The position numbers were made by a program, and so were the translations under genes. A stretch of DNA of 64,000 nt, taken from assembly GCA_963771325.1 (NCBI GenBank), contig CAVYTJ010000004.1, positions 117,174 through 181,173 on the forward strand. The letters run 5' to 3'. Positions 41,022 to 52,453 of the stretch are shown piece after piece (the stretch's first letter is position 1; every line of letters starts with the position of its first letter). Origin of the DNA: an uncultured delta proteobacterium (GTDB taxonomy: Bacteria; Desulfobacterota; Binatia; Binatales; Binataceae). Under the pieces are notes generated by a model. It was not told the DNA's origin, made no database searches, and saw only the letters and a program-made list of their open reading frames with translations.

Positions 41022-41582
41022 ATGGGCCCGGTTCAGCATTTGATGCGCTCGTACACGTGGACGGCAATCGCTGGCGCGCTGTTGCTCGCTGCCTGCGCGG
41101 GCGCGGCGGCCGGATGCTTCGACAAGCGCCCGACCCAAGTGATAGTGACGCAGGTCGCGCCCGCTATCCATCCCGCCAAACCTCCTGACTGCGACATGCC
41201 GGTGCTCACGGAAGAGCCGACCGCAGGCTACCAGCAGATCGCTATCGTCGAGGCCTGGGCCGACGTCAACGAGGACCCGGCCAAGGTGGTGCCTGAACTC
41301 AAGCGTCAGGCATGCGCAACCGGCGCCGAGGCGCTGTTGATCGTCAGCGGCAAGAAGCAGGACATACATACGCAGCTCTACGGAGTGACGCCCAACGAGA
41401 GCGAAACCCAGGTCACCTCGGAAAATCGTACTCCAAACCAGGCTGGAGATTACATCAACAAGATGCAGTACAAGCCTAAGTTAGGAGAGGAAGGGCATAC
41501 CGGCTATTACGTCGACGCGGTCGCGATCGATTACGCATCCGGCGCCAACACCGCCGCGACGGGTCAGCCGTCCAAACCGTAG
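41022..41582 (+). CDS. Putative lipoprotein
   Basis: GGAG RBS; hydrophobic signal ending AAGC; LKRQACATGAEALLI motif. Confidence 0.7.
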   Translation: MGPVQHLMRSYTWTAIAGALLLAACAGAAAGCFDKRPTQVIVTQVAPAIHPAKPPDCDMPVLTEEPTAGYQQIAIVEAWADVNEDPAKVVPELKRQACATGAEALLIVSGKKQDIHTQLYGVTPNESETQVTSENRTPNQAGDYINKMQYKPKLGEEGHTGYYVDAVAIDYASGANTAATGQPSKP

Positions 41583-41613
41583 CGCGCACGAGCCGAGTGC
41601 CCGCGCGGCGCTT

Positions 41614-42339
41614 TTACTGGGCCGACGCCGACGTGACGTTGAATCTGAGCAGCTCGACCCGATCCATCTCAGGGCCGTTGGGACCGCCTTCCAGCGTAAC
41701 CGTCCTTATCAGGCCGACGTTGGGCGCGTACCAATCGAGATAGGTGAGCTGGAGCTGCTGTTTCTTGCGCGCGTACATCCCACCCTCATACTTGGCCTGC
41801 GTCTCGATACGGATGCAATTGTTGAAGCGGCCAGCCGGCGTTTCGATCTCCTTGGTCTCGACAAAAGTGTGATGGCTTTGGTTGATGTTGAAGGACCCGG
41901 AGAGATTTCCGTAGGGGAAAATGACGTTGGTCCAGTTCAGATTTGGCGCGAGCTGCAGCGGCAGAAACTGCGCCTCTTCCGAGCGTCCCCACGACGGCGC
42001 CAGGATGGTTTTCTGGTCGTAGTCGAGCGCGGATAGCCGCGCGATGTAGCCGTCCTTGGCGTAGTAGACCAGCGGGCGAATACCGCCTCGCTCAAGGCTG
42101 TACGTCTCGTCCACCACCGAGCCTGTGATCTTCAGGGCAGGGACATATTTAACACCGATCACCCGGTCAGTGATCTGGTACTGCGTTCCCTGGCTCTTGG
42201 CGACGATCTGGTAGGTCCAGGTCGAGTTCGGCGTCAATGGAAAATAATTGGTTCCCGATCCGATATTGCCGGTCTTGCAACCTTCAAGCGATGCTATCGC
42301 CATCCCGATCGCCAGTACCCAACCAACTATTCGGCTCAT
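41614..42339 (-). CDS. Putative lipoprotein (beta-rich)
   Basis: AGGAGG RBS; lipobox LEGC; YFPL...WTY, ETPAGRFNNC, WYAPNVGLI. Confidence 0.75.
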   Translation of the reverse strand: MSRIVGWVLAIGMAIASLEGCKTGNIGSGTNYFPLTPNSTWTYQIVAKSQGTQYQITDRVIGVKYVPALKITGSVVDETYSLERGGIRPLVYYAKDGYIARLSALDYDQKTILAPSWGRSEEAQFLPLQLAPNLNWTNVIFPYGNLSGSFNINQSHHTFVETKEIETPAGRFNNCIRIETQAKYEGGMYARKKQQLQLTYLDWYAPNVGLIRTVTLEGGPNGPEMDRVELLRFNVTSASAQ

Positions 42340-42522
42340 CGCCGGACTGCCCTCCTTGAAAATAGAGGCCGCGCCCGCTGAGCGTACATAAAGCCTCGGA
42401 GTGTTGGCAAGCAGTGCGAACGCGGTCAGCACCGAAGCGCCTTCGCCGATCGAAATCGGGCGGATGCGGCCGCTTTACTCCCACGATGCCGTCGCAGTAG
42501 AGATGGCCAAGGAGAGCCGCCG

Positions 42523-43386
42523 ATGCCAAACCATGTGAAAGCAAAAAAAGTCAATGTTTGCCTGACCTTCGACTTCGACGCGATCTCGGTCTGGATCGGC
42601 AATTTCCACGCCTCCTCGCCGAGCGCGATCTCGCGCGGCGAATTTGGCGTGGTCGGCACCAGGCGGCTGCTCGATCTGCTGCGCGAGTGGAAAATCCCCT
42701 CGACCTGGTTCGTCCCCGGCCATACCGCCGACACCTATCCCGAGGCGGTCGCGCAAATCGCCGCCGCGGGCCACGAAATTGGCCATCACGGCTATCGCCA
42801 CGAGCGTCTCGGCTCGCCCGAAGAGGAGATACGCGACTTCGACATGGCAATAGCGTCGCTGAAAAAGATCACCGGCCAGACCCCGGTCGGGTACCGATCG
42901 CCGGCCGCCGGGCTCACGCCGCGCACGCTCGAATTGCTCGTCAGTCACGGGATGCTCTACGACAGCAGCATGATGGGCGACGACTTCACCCCGTACTACT
43001 GCAGGGTCGGCGACCAGGCCCCGAAGGACAGCGCTTTCATCTTTGGCCGACCGACCGAGGTCGTGGAATTACCGTTTACCTGGGGGCTCGACGACTTTAT
43101 CGCCTTCGAGCACGTCTGGACCCGCAACGGCATCAACCCCGGAAACGCCTCGCCGTCGCGGATCTACGAGATCTGGGCGGGCGACTTCGACTACCTCTAC
43201 GACCGGCTCGGCGAGGGCACCTACATCCTGACGCTGCATCCGCAATGTATCGGCCGCGGCCATCGCCTGCTGATGCTCGAGCGGCTGATGGAGCATATTC
43301 GCAGCCGCGATGGAATTACGTTCAAGACGATGCGCGAGGTCGCGGGCGAGTTCAGACGATCCTGTCCGCCGAACAATCGCATCTGA
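42523..43386 (+). CDS. Polysaccharide deacetylase (CE4/NodB family, PuuE-like)
   Basis: LTFDFD, TWFVPG, HEIGHHGYRH, GYRSP, YDSS, LHP. Confidence 0.9.
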   Translation: MPNHVKAKKVNVCLTFDFDAISVWIGNFHASSPSAISRGEFGVVGTRRLLDLLREWKIPSTWFVPGHTADTYPEAVAQIAAAGHEIGHHGYRHERLGSPEEEIRDFDMAIASLKKITGQTPVGYRSPAAGLTPRTLELLVSHGMLYDSSMMGDDFTPYYCRVGDQAPKDSAFIFGRPTEVVELPFTWGLDDFIAFEHVWTRNGINPGNASPSRIYEIWAGDFDYLYDRLGEGTYILTLHPQCIGRGHRLLMLERLMEHIRSRDGITFKTMREVAGEFRRSCPPNNRI

Positions 43387-43560
43387 CCGCCCGCCCGCGC
43401 CTGGACCTGACCGCCCGCTCGCACCTCGGCGGAGGGCGCGCTCAAATCCAATCTACCGTGGGCTGCGTATTTATGGATGACGATTCGCCGCGGCGCGGCG
43501 GAACTGGCGTCAAGGAACTTGCAAGACCGCCGCGGTGTTATCGCATGAGGATGGGTTAAC

Positions 43561-43699
43561 GGGCCGGGCGTGCCTCACTGCAATGGGGAGGCAACTGCGA
43601 CTATAAAATGGGGATCTGGCCGCGCGTTGGCTTTTCCCCGGCGCAAGCGCCGCGATTAGTGCAATTAGTGTAAGTGGGCCGAGGACGCCCGGCCCTTTT
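43561..43699. ncRNA. Candidate structured non-coding RNA
   Basis: GGGCCGGGCGT (43561-43571) pairs perfectly with ACGCCCGGCCC (43685-43695), followed by TTTT; internal hairpins; lies between convergent genes. Confidence 0.4.
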
Positions 43700-43755
43700 C
43701 TCCGCCGCCCCCTTTCGAGCGCGCGGCCGCGACGCGACGACCTCTTACTTCGGGG

Positions 43756-44634
43756 TTACTTCGGGCGGCGTGATTTTTCGCCGGCCGCCAGATGAAGCTC
43801 GGCGATCGGATTCAGTCCAACCGTCCAGTTGACGTTGCGCTTGAAGACTTCCATGTCGTGGCCGGGAACCACGCGCGGCAGTTTGTCGCCGATGATCCTG
43901 CTCATCTTCTCGAACACCTGCATCACGTTCCACGGATTTCCCTGGATATAGCCCGGCGGCCACATCTTCTCGAGATTCGAGTACCAGTACACGCAATCGC
44001 CCGCCGCGATATGCGGGCCCGAAGAGGTTTCGATCTCCACCCACTGCGAACCGAAGGTGTGCGATTGCGCGGCCAGCCGGCAGGTGATGCCGGGGGCGAC
44101 TTCGCGGTCGCCGTCGAGCAAGGTCACGCGGCCCGCGGCGATCGCCTCGTCAAAGCGGTCGAAGTTCTCCCAGTTAATTGACGAGAGCGCCCACGAGCCG
44201 GGTCCCGCGGTCTTGATTAGCTCGCCGCGCCGCAGCCGCGTCCAGCCCTCGTACTCCTCGCGCTGGACGAAGACCTTGGCCTTGGGAAAAGCGACCACGT
44301 TGCCCGCATGGTCGGCATGCATGTGGGTCAGGATGACCGTGTCGACTTCCTCGGGACGAAACCCGATCTTGCCGAGCACGACGCCGGGCCATTCGATATC
44401 CGTGAACATCCCGGAGAGCTTGTCCTCGGCCGAGGCAAAGCCGCTCTCGCCGAATCCGGTGTCGATCGCGATCACCCGCCGCTCCCGGGTGCCCGGCGCC
44501 GAAACCACCAGCGTGTAGAGCATCGGAATTTCGAACGTCCCGGTGTTGCTCGCGATCGGCGACCCGCCCATGAAGTCGCCCGACACCTTGGTGCGCGCAT
44601 ACCCAAGAACCCAGATGGAGTAGTCAGCGGCCAT
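43756..44634 (-). CDS. N-acyl homoserine lactonase family MBL-fold metallohydrolase
   Basis: IDTG, THMHADH (HxHxDH), SHTFG, AAGD, PGHD. Confidence 0.88.
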   Translation of the reverse strand: MAADYSIWVLGYARTKVSGDFMGGSPIASNTGTFEIPMLYTLVVSAPGTRERRVIAIDTGFGESGFASAEDKLSGMFTDIEWPGVVLGKIGFRPEEVDTVILTHMHADHAGNVVAFPKAKVFVQREEYEGWTRLRRGELIKTAGPGSWALSSINWENFDRFDEAIAAGRVTLLDGDREVAPGITCRLAAQSHTFGSQWVEIETSSGPHIAAGDCVYWYSNLEKMWPPGYIQGNPWNVMQVFEKMSRIIGDKLPRVVPGHDMEVFKRNVNWTVGLNPIAELHLAAGEKSRRPK

Positions 44635-44703
44635 CGAAATTTCTCCCAACGCTGAAGCGCCTGCGCGTCGCAATCCAGGAATCGTAACGCGACGTTCTCG
44701 TTT

Positions 44704-46549
<1,846 letters not shown>

Positions 46550-46555
46550 TCATCT

Positions 46556-46584
46556 TGAAATCGATTCGATTGTAATCGATTCCG
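46556..46584. promoter_or_regulatory. Tandem LacI-type operator-like palindromes upstream of amnB
   Basis: TGAAATCGATTCGA and TGTAATCGATTCCG, each with an AATCGATT core, 15 bp apart. Confidence 0.4.
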
Positions 46585-46616
46585 GCCGCGCGATCTGTGG
46601 CAAACGCGGAATCTCT

Positions 46617-47042
46617 CTAGCGCCGGCGGCGGAATTTGGGCAGCGTCACCTCGGGCGTCACGTCGTCGAACGCCACTTCAACCGCAATCCCGAGCGCCAT
46701 CTCGTCGGGCTTGATGTCGGTCACCCACGAGACCATCCGCACGCCCTCTTCCAGTTCGATCACCGCCGGCGCATAGGGCACCAGCGGCGCGAACTGCGGC
46801 ACAAAGGGCTGCGCGGCCACGGTCCACGAAAACACCGTGCCCCTGCCCGAGGACCGCGCCCATTCGAATTTGAACGATCCGCACTTCGCACACATGTCGC
46901 GCGGGATATGCCGCCACGCCGCACAATCGATGCATCGCTGAAAGCGCAACTCGTGCGCCTGGCAGAACTTGTAGAACTCCGCCGCGAACCCGCGCATCTT
47001 CGGCAGCGGCAGCTTGTATTCGCTTTGCGTCCCGGCCGCCAT
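46617..47042 (-). CDS. Zn-ribbon/OB-fold protein (DUF35, ChsH2-like)
   Basis: QRCIDC...CAKCGS, GRGTVFSWTV, IELEEGVRM, LPKFR. Confidence 0.88.
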   Translation of the reverse strand: MAAGTQSEYKLPLPKMRGFAAEFYKFCQAHELRFQRCIDCAAWRHIPRDMCAKCGSFKFEWARSSGRGTVFSWTVAAQPFVPQFAPLVPYAPAVIELEEGVRMVSWVTDIKPDEMALGIAVEVAFDDVTPEVTLPKFRRRR

Positions 47043-47044
47043 CG

Positions 47045-48217
47045 CTACCTCCTCAGAATCGCCAATCCGCCGTCGCCAAAGTCGCCCCATCCTGTCACCA
47101 ACCCGACCTCGGCGTCCTTGACCTGGCGCTCGCCGCATTCGCGGCGCAACTGGCGCGTGGCCTCGACGATATGATTGATACCCCAGACGTGGGCCTCGGA
47201 ATGGAGCCCGCCGTGCGTGTTGATCGGTAACTCGCCGCCCAGTCCGATCCGCTCGGCCGTGATGAAGTCTTTGACCTCGCCGCGTTTGCACAGACCCAGC
47301 GCCTCGATCTGGAGCATCACGACGTAAGTGAAGCAGTCGTAGATTTCAGCGAAGTCGAGGTCCTTGGGCGTAACGCCCGCCATCCGGAACGCCTTGGGCG
47401 CGGCGAAAGTCAGCCCGATAACGAACGGGTCGGGACGCGCCGGAATATCGTCGGCGGGATACGGATGGCCCTCGGCGACGCCGGAGATATAGACCGGCGG
47501 GCGGCGCAGGTCGCGCGCGCGCTCGGGCGAGGTGACGATCACGGCGCCGGCGGCGTCGGTCTCCAAACAGCAATCGTAGAGCCGAAACGGATACGAGACC
47601 CATCGCGACTTGAGATAGTCATCCATGGTGAGCGGACGGCCGCGCATGAAGGCCTGCGGGTTGAGCTGGGCGTGCTTGCGCGAAGTGACCGCGATCGTGC
47701 CCATCGTTTCGAACGGCGTACCGTAGAGTTCCATGTGGCGGGTCGCAAGCCACGCGTACCATTGCACGGGCGCGACCGCCCCGTAGGGTAAATAGTATGC
47801 GCCGATAGTTCCGGCGAGCGGCCCCGGCGGCGCTGAACCGCTACCGCCCTGCCCGCCCGTGCTCACGCGCATCACCGAGTAACCGTTCCATCCGCACGGC
47901 ACGAGCACGCATTCGGCGACGCCGAACGCGACCGCCATCGCGGCGCTTTGCAGCGCGACCACCGGGCTCGCGCCTCCCATCTGCACGTATGCGGAGTAGC
48001 GCAGGTCCTCGATTCCCAAATTGGCCGCGAAATGTTCGGCCGAGGCGCCGAGCGGCGGCCCGACGATGCCATCGATGTCATGCGGCTTGAGTCCGGCATC
48101 CTCGAGCGCCCTGGCCGAGGCTTCGAGCATCAGCTGTAGTTCGGTCTTGCCCGAGCCGCGCGTGAACGCGCTCTCACCCACGCCGGCGATGCACGCTTTG
48201 TCTTTCAGTGACTCCAT
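47045..48217 (-). CDS. Thiolase-like protein (SCP-x/Ltp2 type)
   Basis: ACIAGVG, YDCCLETD, EIYDCFT, PINTHGGLHSEAH, EATRQLR. Confidence 0.88.
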   Translation of the reverse strand: MESLKDKACIAGVGESAFTRGSGKTELQLMLEASARALEDAGLKPHDIDGIVGPPLGASAEHFAANLGIEDLRYSAYVQMGGASPVVALQSAAMAVAFGVAECVLVPCGWNGYSVMRVSTGGQGGSGSAPPGPLAGTIGAYYLPYGAVAPVQWYAWLATRHMELYGTPFETMGTIAVTSRKHAQLNPQAFMRGRPLTMDDYLKSRWVSYPFRLYDCCLETDAAGAVIVTSPERARDLRRPPVYISGVAEGHPYPADDIPARPDPFVIGLTFAAPKAFRMAGVTPKDLDFAEIYDCFTYVVMLQIEALGLCKRGEVKDFITAERIGLGGELPINTHGGLHSEAHVWGINHIVEATRQLRRECGERQVKDAEVGLVTGWGDFGDGGLAILRR

Positions 48218-48267
48218 TTTTTCACCAACACAGCGACGCGGCTCCGCTGCTCGAATAGCTATTCCGT

Positions 48268-49488
48268 CTAGTAGATCACCTTCGATTCCATCAGCGCGGC
48301 GATCTCTTCCTTCGAGAGGCCGAGGATGCCGTTGAAGACCTCGAAGTTGTGCTGTCCCAGGTCCGGCGGCGGGTTGTAGTTGAACCGCGGCACGTTCCCG
48401 AGCTTCGCCGGAATTCCCGGCATTACGCGTTTGCCGGCCGTGTGATGGTCAAGTTCCCACCAGTAGCCCCATTCCCATAGATGGCGGTCCTGATGAATCT
48501 CGACGCTGTCGAGCACCGGCCCGGCCGGGACGCCGGCGCGCTGAAGGCGTTCGGCGAGCTCGATATGCTGATGGCCGCGCGTCCATTCGGACAAATGCGC
48601 GTCGAGTGCGTCGCTATTCTGCCAGCGCGCGATTTGATCGGCGAATTTCGTCTCGCGCGCCCACGTGGGATTACCCATTACCTCGCACAGCGCGCGCCAT
48701 TCGGCGTCATTGCCTACTGCGATAGCTATCCACTTGTCGTCGCCCGCGCACGGATAGGTATTGTGCGGCGCCATCACGTCGTCGCGATTGGCCCATTGCC
48801 GGCGGTCGCGCCCGTTCATGAAGTAGTCCATGTACCACTCGGGCGTTTCGCCGATCACAGTCTCGCCCATGCTCGCGTCGAGCCATTGGCCGTCGCCGGT
48901 GCGATCGCGATGGCGCAGCGCGGCGAGCAGATGAAATACTACCGCAGTGGCGATTGCGTAGTCGGGCCAGGTGCCGCCGGTATGGCGCGGCTCTCCGCCG
49001 GGATAGCCCTGCGCGTCGAAGGTGCCGATGAACGAGCAGGCCATCGGACCCCATCCGACCCAATCGGCGGGCTCGGTTCCGGTTTTGCCCAACAGCGAGA
49101 CCGAGATCAGAATGATGTCGCGTTTAACCGCGCGCAGTTCTTCGTAACTGAGCCCGAGCCGGCGCGAGAGCGGCCGCGGGTAACACTCCAGCACGAAATC
49201 GCTCTGCTTGACGAGTTCGTAGGCGAGTTCCTTGCCACGCGGCGTCCTGATGTTGAGGTTGATCGATTTCTTGCCGTAATTGAGCGTGTGGTAGCCGCCA
49301 TTGCGGTTCACGCCGGCTTGACCGTCCGCCATGAAAGCCGGATTGAGCCGCATGAAATCCAGGTAGACCTGGGATTCAATCTTGATGACTTCGGCGCCCA
49401 TCGCGGCGAGCCACAGACCGGTTTGCGGCCCGTTGATGATCCAGCTGAAATCGGTGACCCGGATTCCTTCGAGCGGCAGACGCGCCAT
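48268..49488 (-). CDS. CaiB/BaiF family CoA-transferase
   Basis: LEGIRVTDFS, MGAEVIKIE, NYGKKSI, WPDY (catalytic Asp), PDLGQHN. Confidence 0.9.
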   Translation of the reverse strand: MARLPLEGIRVTDFSWIINGPQTGLWLAAMGAEVIKIESQVYLDFMRLNPAFMADGQAGVNRNGGYHTLNYGKKSINLNIRTPRGKELAYELVKQSDFVLECYPRPLSRRLGLSYEELRAVKRDIILISVSLLGKTGTEPADWVGWGPMACSFIGTFDAQGYPGGEPRHTGGTWPDYAIATAVVFHLLAALRHRDRTGDGQWLDASMGETVIGETPEWYMDYFMNGRDRRQWANRDDVMAPHNTYPCAGDDKWIAIAVGNDAEWRALCEVMGNPTWARETKFADQIARWQNSDALDAHLSEWTRGHQHIELAERLQRAGVPAGPVLDSVEIHQDRHLWEWGYWWELDHHTAGKRVMPGIPAKLGNVPRFNYNPPPDLGQHNFEVFNGILGLSKEEIAALMESKVIY

Positions 49489-49506
49489 CGCTCTTCCCTC
49501 CGCGAG

Positions 49507-50718
49507 TCAAATCACGCCGGCGGCGCGAAGTTTTGCGAGTTCCTCGCCCGAATATCCGAGCCGCCCGCACAGGATCTCTTCGTTATGCTCGCCGAGCATC
49601 GGTGCACGGCGCGCGATTGGCGGCGTCGCGGTCAACCGTACCAACGGTCCCGGATAGCGGAAACGGCCGGCGACCGGATGATCGATCTCGACGAAGGCGT
49701 TGCGCGCGCGCAGATGCGGATGCTCGGCCGCCTGCGCGACAGTCAAGACGGGGCCTATCGGCAGTCCGATTTTCTGCCCCTCGCGCACCAGCCAATCCAT
49801 GTCGTGCTTGAGGAGCTCCTGCTGGATCAACGGCCGCACGACGTCGTCGTACTCGGCACGTGCCGCGGTGTCCTTGAACAGGTCGGTTTCCAGCGCCTCG
49901 GGATGGCCGAGCAGTACCTTGAGCGCCTCGAAGTGCGAGTCCACCACCCACAGCACGTAAACGTACCCGTCACGGCATCGCGACGGCTCCAGCCCGGCCT
50001 TGGCATTGGCGCGCAGCCGGCTGTACGGCATCCCAGCGTAGCTGTACACGACCATCTCGACCTTCGCGGTATTGACCACCGCCTGCCAGCATGCGACGTC
50101 GACCCATTGGCCGGCGCCGGTGGCCTCGCGATGCATCAGCGCCATCATCGTCGCCGCCGCCGCCGTGGTCGCGCCCATCATGTCGGCCTGGCGCCCGGGC
50201 GCGCGCAGCGGATTCTCGCTCGCCGAATCGTTGATCAGAGTCGGCGTGTTGTAGCCGGTGAGGCTCATCGCCCATTCGATCAGGTCCGAGCCCTTCCATC
50301 CGGCATACGGGCCGCTTTGTCCGAACGGCGTCACCGAGGTGACGATCAACCTCGGATTGAGCGCGTGCAGCGTCTCGTAGCCGAGTCCGAGGGTTTCCAG
50401 GTGGCCGGGCGGATGGTTTTCGATCAGGACGTCGGCCTCGCGCACCAGGCGCTTGAAGATTTCCGAGCCGTTCGCCGTCGCCGGATCGAGCGTCACGCTT
50501 TTCTTGCTGGTGTTGAGGTAGAGAAAGAGCCCGCTCTTCTCGGGATGCGGGATATCGGCGGGGAAAGGCGGACGGCTGCGCGCCTCGTCGCCCACGCCGG
50601 GCGGTTCGATCTTGATGACCTCGGCGCCCATGTCGGCGAACAGTTTGCCGCACATCGGCCCCGAGACCATCGTGGCGTATTCGACGACCTTGAGGTCATC
50701 CAGCGCTGCCGCAGCCAA
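49507..50718 (-). CDS. CaiB/BaiF family CoA-transferase
   Basis: LKVVEYA...GPMCGKLFADMGAEVIKIEPP, NTSKKSVTLD, APMLGEHN; TTG start. Confidence 0.9.
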   Translation of the reverse strand: MAAAALDDLKVVEYATMVSGPMCGKLFADMGAEVIKIEPPGVGDEARSRPPFPADIPHPEKSGLFLYLNTSKKSVTLDPATANGSEIFKRLVREADVLIENHPPGHLETLGLGYETLHALNPRLIVTSVTPFGQSGPYAGWKGSDLIEWAMSLTGYNTPTLINDSASENPLRAPGRQADMMGATTAAAATMMALMHREATGAGQWVDVACWQAVVNTAKVEMVVYSYAGMPYSRLRANAKAGLEPSRCRDGYVYVLWVVDSHFEALKVLLGHPEALETDLFKDTAARAEYDDVVRPLIQQELLKHDMDWLVREGQKIGLPIGPVLTVAQAAEHPHLRARNAFVEIDHPVAGRFRYPGPLVRLTATPPIARRAPMLGEHNEEILCGRLGYSGEELAKLRAAGVI

Positions 50719-50821
50719 TTTCGTCCTCTCCCGAATTCATCGCCTCGAAGATTCGGCGTTCTCGACGATGCTGGTCGAGCCAACCGCTACATAGCGTAAT
50801 TCGCCGACCAATGGCCAACTC

Positions 50822-51550
50822 TCAGTGCGAAGTCGCCGGCGCTCCATGGATCGCGTTGTCGGGCGCTGATGCGTGCGGCGCCTGCGCGCCCGGCGGCGCC
50901 TTCGTGAACACCAGGCAGTAGTTGGAGATAAACGAGCTTCCGGGCCACGGGTCGTCCATGCTCACGTACGCGAAGCCCGCGTGCTCGAGTTCATTCGTCA
51001 CCGTCATCGGGCTGATGCCGTGGCCTTCACGATCCGGCGGCAGGCCCTTGGGCATCCACGGCCAAGTCAGGATGCTGGGGCGGAAATCCAGCACCGCGAG
51101 TTGGCCGCCCTCATGCAAGGCCTGAAGGAGACTGCGGTTGGTATCGGCGGGGTCGGTCAGGTGATGGTAGACGCGGCGCAGGATGATCGCGTCGCAGCAA
51201 TCGGCGGGCAATCCGGTATCGCTCGCCGTGGCCTGGACCACCGTGACGTTGCCCAGATGCGCCGCGGCGACCGCGCTTCGAATTTCGCCCAGCTCCCGCG
51301 GATCGATCTCGGTCGCGAACACGTGCCCCTTGGCTCCCACGAGCCCAGCCATCATCACCGTCATCCAGCCCGAGCCCGCGCCCACATCCGCCACCACCAT
51401 CCCGGGCTTTATCTGGAGCATCGCGACGAGGCGGTCCGCGTCCGCCTGCTTGTGCGAGCAACCCATCAGAGCAAACGTCGCAAGCAGCATCAAAGCCGGC
51501 GCCGGGAAGCACACGCGATTGAAGAGGAGGAGCATGTGTCGGATGTTCAT
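50822..51550 (-). CDS. Class I SAM-dependent methyltransferase with signal/lipoprotein-like N-terminus
   Basis: VADVGAGSG, ATEID, VYHHL, GGQLAVLDF; LMGC lipobox; start uncertain. Confidence 0.82.
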   Translation of the reverse strand: MNIRHMLLLFNRVCFPAPALMLLATFALMGCSHKQADADRLVAMLQIKPGMVVADVGAGSGWMTVMMAGLVGAKGHVFATEIDPRELGEIRSAVAAAHLGNVTVVQATASDTGLPADCCDAIILRRVYHHLTDPADTNRSLLQALHEGGQLAVLDFRPSILTWPWMPKGLPPDREGHGISPMTVTNELEHAGFAYVSMDDPWPGSSFISNYCLVFTKAPPGAQAPHASAPDNAIHGAPATSH

Positions 51551-51632
51551 CGGAGGTCTCTTCGTCCCTTTCATCAAGCCGCTAATGCCGATAGATACGA
51601 TGCTTAAATTCGTACGCCAAACGGAGCAAGCA

Positions 51633-52439
51633 ATGCCAGCGCTACTATTTGAAATCCGCGACCACATCGCCTACCTGACCATCAATCGCCCCGAGGTCCA
51701 TAACGCGATGAACCCGGAGGTCGTCGTGCGCCTGGCCGAAGCATGGCAGCGCGTGGCCGACGATGACGACGTGCGCGCCGCGATCATAACCGGCGCGGGC
51801 AACAAAGCTTTCTCGGCGGGCGCCGACCTCGCGCGGATGATTCCGCTGATGACCGGCGCACGCCAGCCCGAAGATGAGTGGGATCACAAGATCAAGGAAA
51901 ACCCCAAGCTCGGTGCGATGGCGCTGCTGCGCGGGTGGAGCCTGTACAAGCCAGTGATCGCGGCGGTCAACGGATTCTGCATCGCGGGCGGGCTCGAGTT
52001 GATGCAGGCAACCGATCTCCGGGTCGCGGCCGAGTCGGCGAGCTTCGCCCTGCAGGAGGTCAAGTGGGCGATCATCCCGGCCGGCGGCTCGCTGGTGCGG
52101 CTGGTGCGCCAGATGCCGTACTGCAAGGCGATGGAGATTCTGCTCACCGGCAACCGCATCGCGGCCGCCGAGGCCTGGCGGCTGGGACTCATCAACTACG
52201 TGCTGCCGCAGGCCGACGTGATGGCCAAAGCGGAAGAACTGGCGCGCGCGATCGCGGAAAACGGCCCGCTGGCCGTGCGCGCGATCAAGGAGACGGTGGA
52301 GAAGTGCTCGGGGCTGCCGTTCGAGGCCGCGTTCAAGATCGAAAACGAGGCCCAGCGTTTCATCCGCAAGACCGAGGACGCGCGCGAAGGCCCGCGCGCC
52401 TTCATCGAAAAGCGCAAACCGAACTACAAGGGGCGGTGA
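51633..52439 (+). CDS. Enoyl-CoA hydratase/isomerase
   Basis: TINRPEVHNA, FSAGADL, KPVIAAVNG, AGGLE, QEVKW, EGPRAFIEKR. Confidence 0.92.
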   Translation: MPALLFEIRDHIAYLTINRPEVHNAMNPEVVVRLAEAWQRVADDDDVRAAIITGAGNKAFSAGADLARMIPLMTGARQPEDEWDHKIKENPKLGAMALLRGWSLYKPVIAAVNGFCIAGGLELMQATDLRVAAESASFALQEVKWAIIPAGGSLVRLVRQMPYCKAMEILLTGNRIAAAEAWRLGLINYVLPQADVMAKAEELARAIAENGPLAVRAIKETVEKCSGLPFEAAFKIENEAQRFIRKTEDAREGPRAFIEKRKPNYKGR

Positions 52440-52453
52440 GTGCGCCAGTCCGG

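Noticed and set aside
43561-43699. tRNA, tmRNA, SRP RNA or RNase P RNA
   Set aside because: No T-loop/CCA end, SRP tetraloop motif or RNase P conserved boxes seen; kept only as an unclassified ncRNA candidate
48481-50799. 772-aa plus-strand ORF and similar long antisense ORFs (e.g. 8034-9566, 13904-15172, 36419-37834)
   Set aside because: They mirror well-supported genes on the opposite strand, an expected high-GC artefact, and show no recognisable motifs
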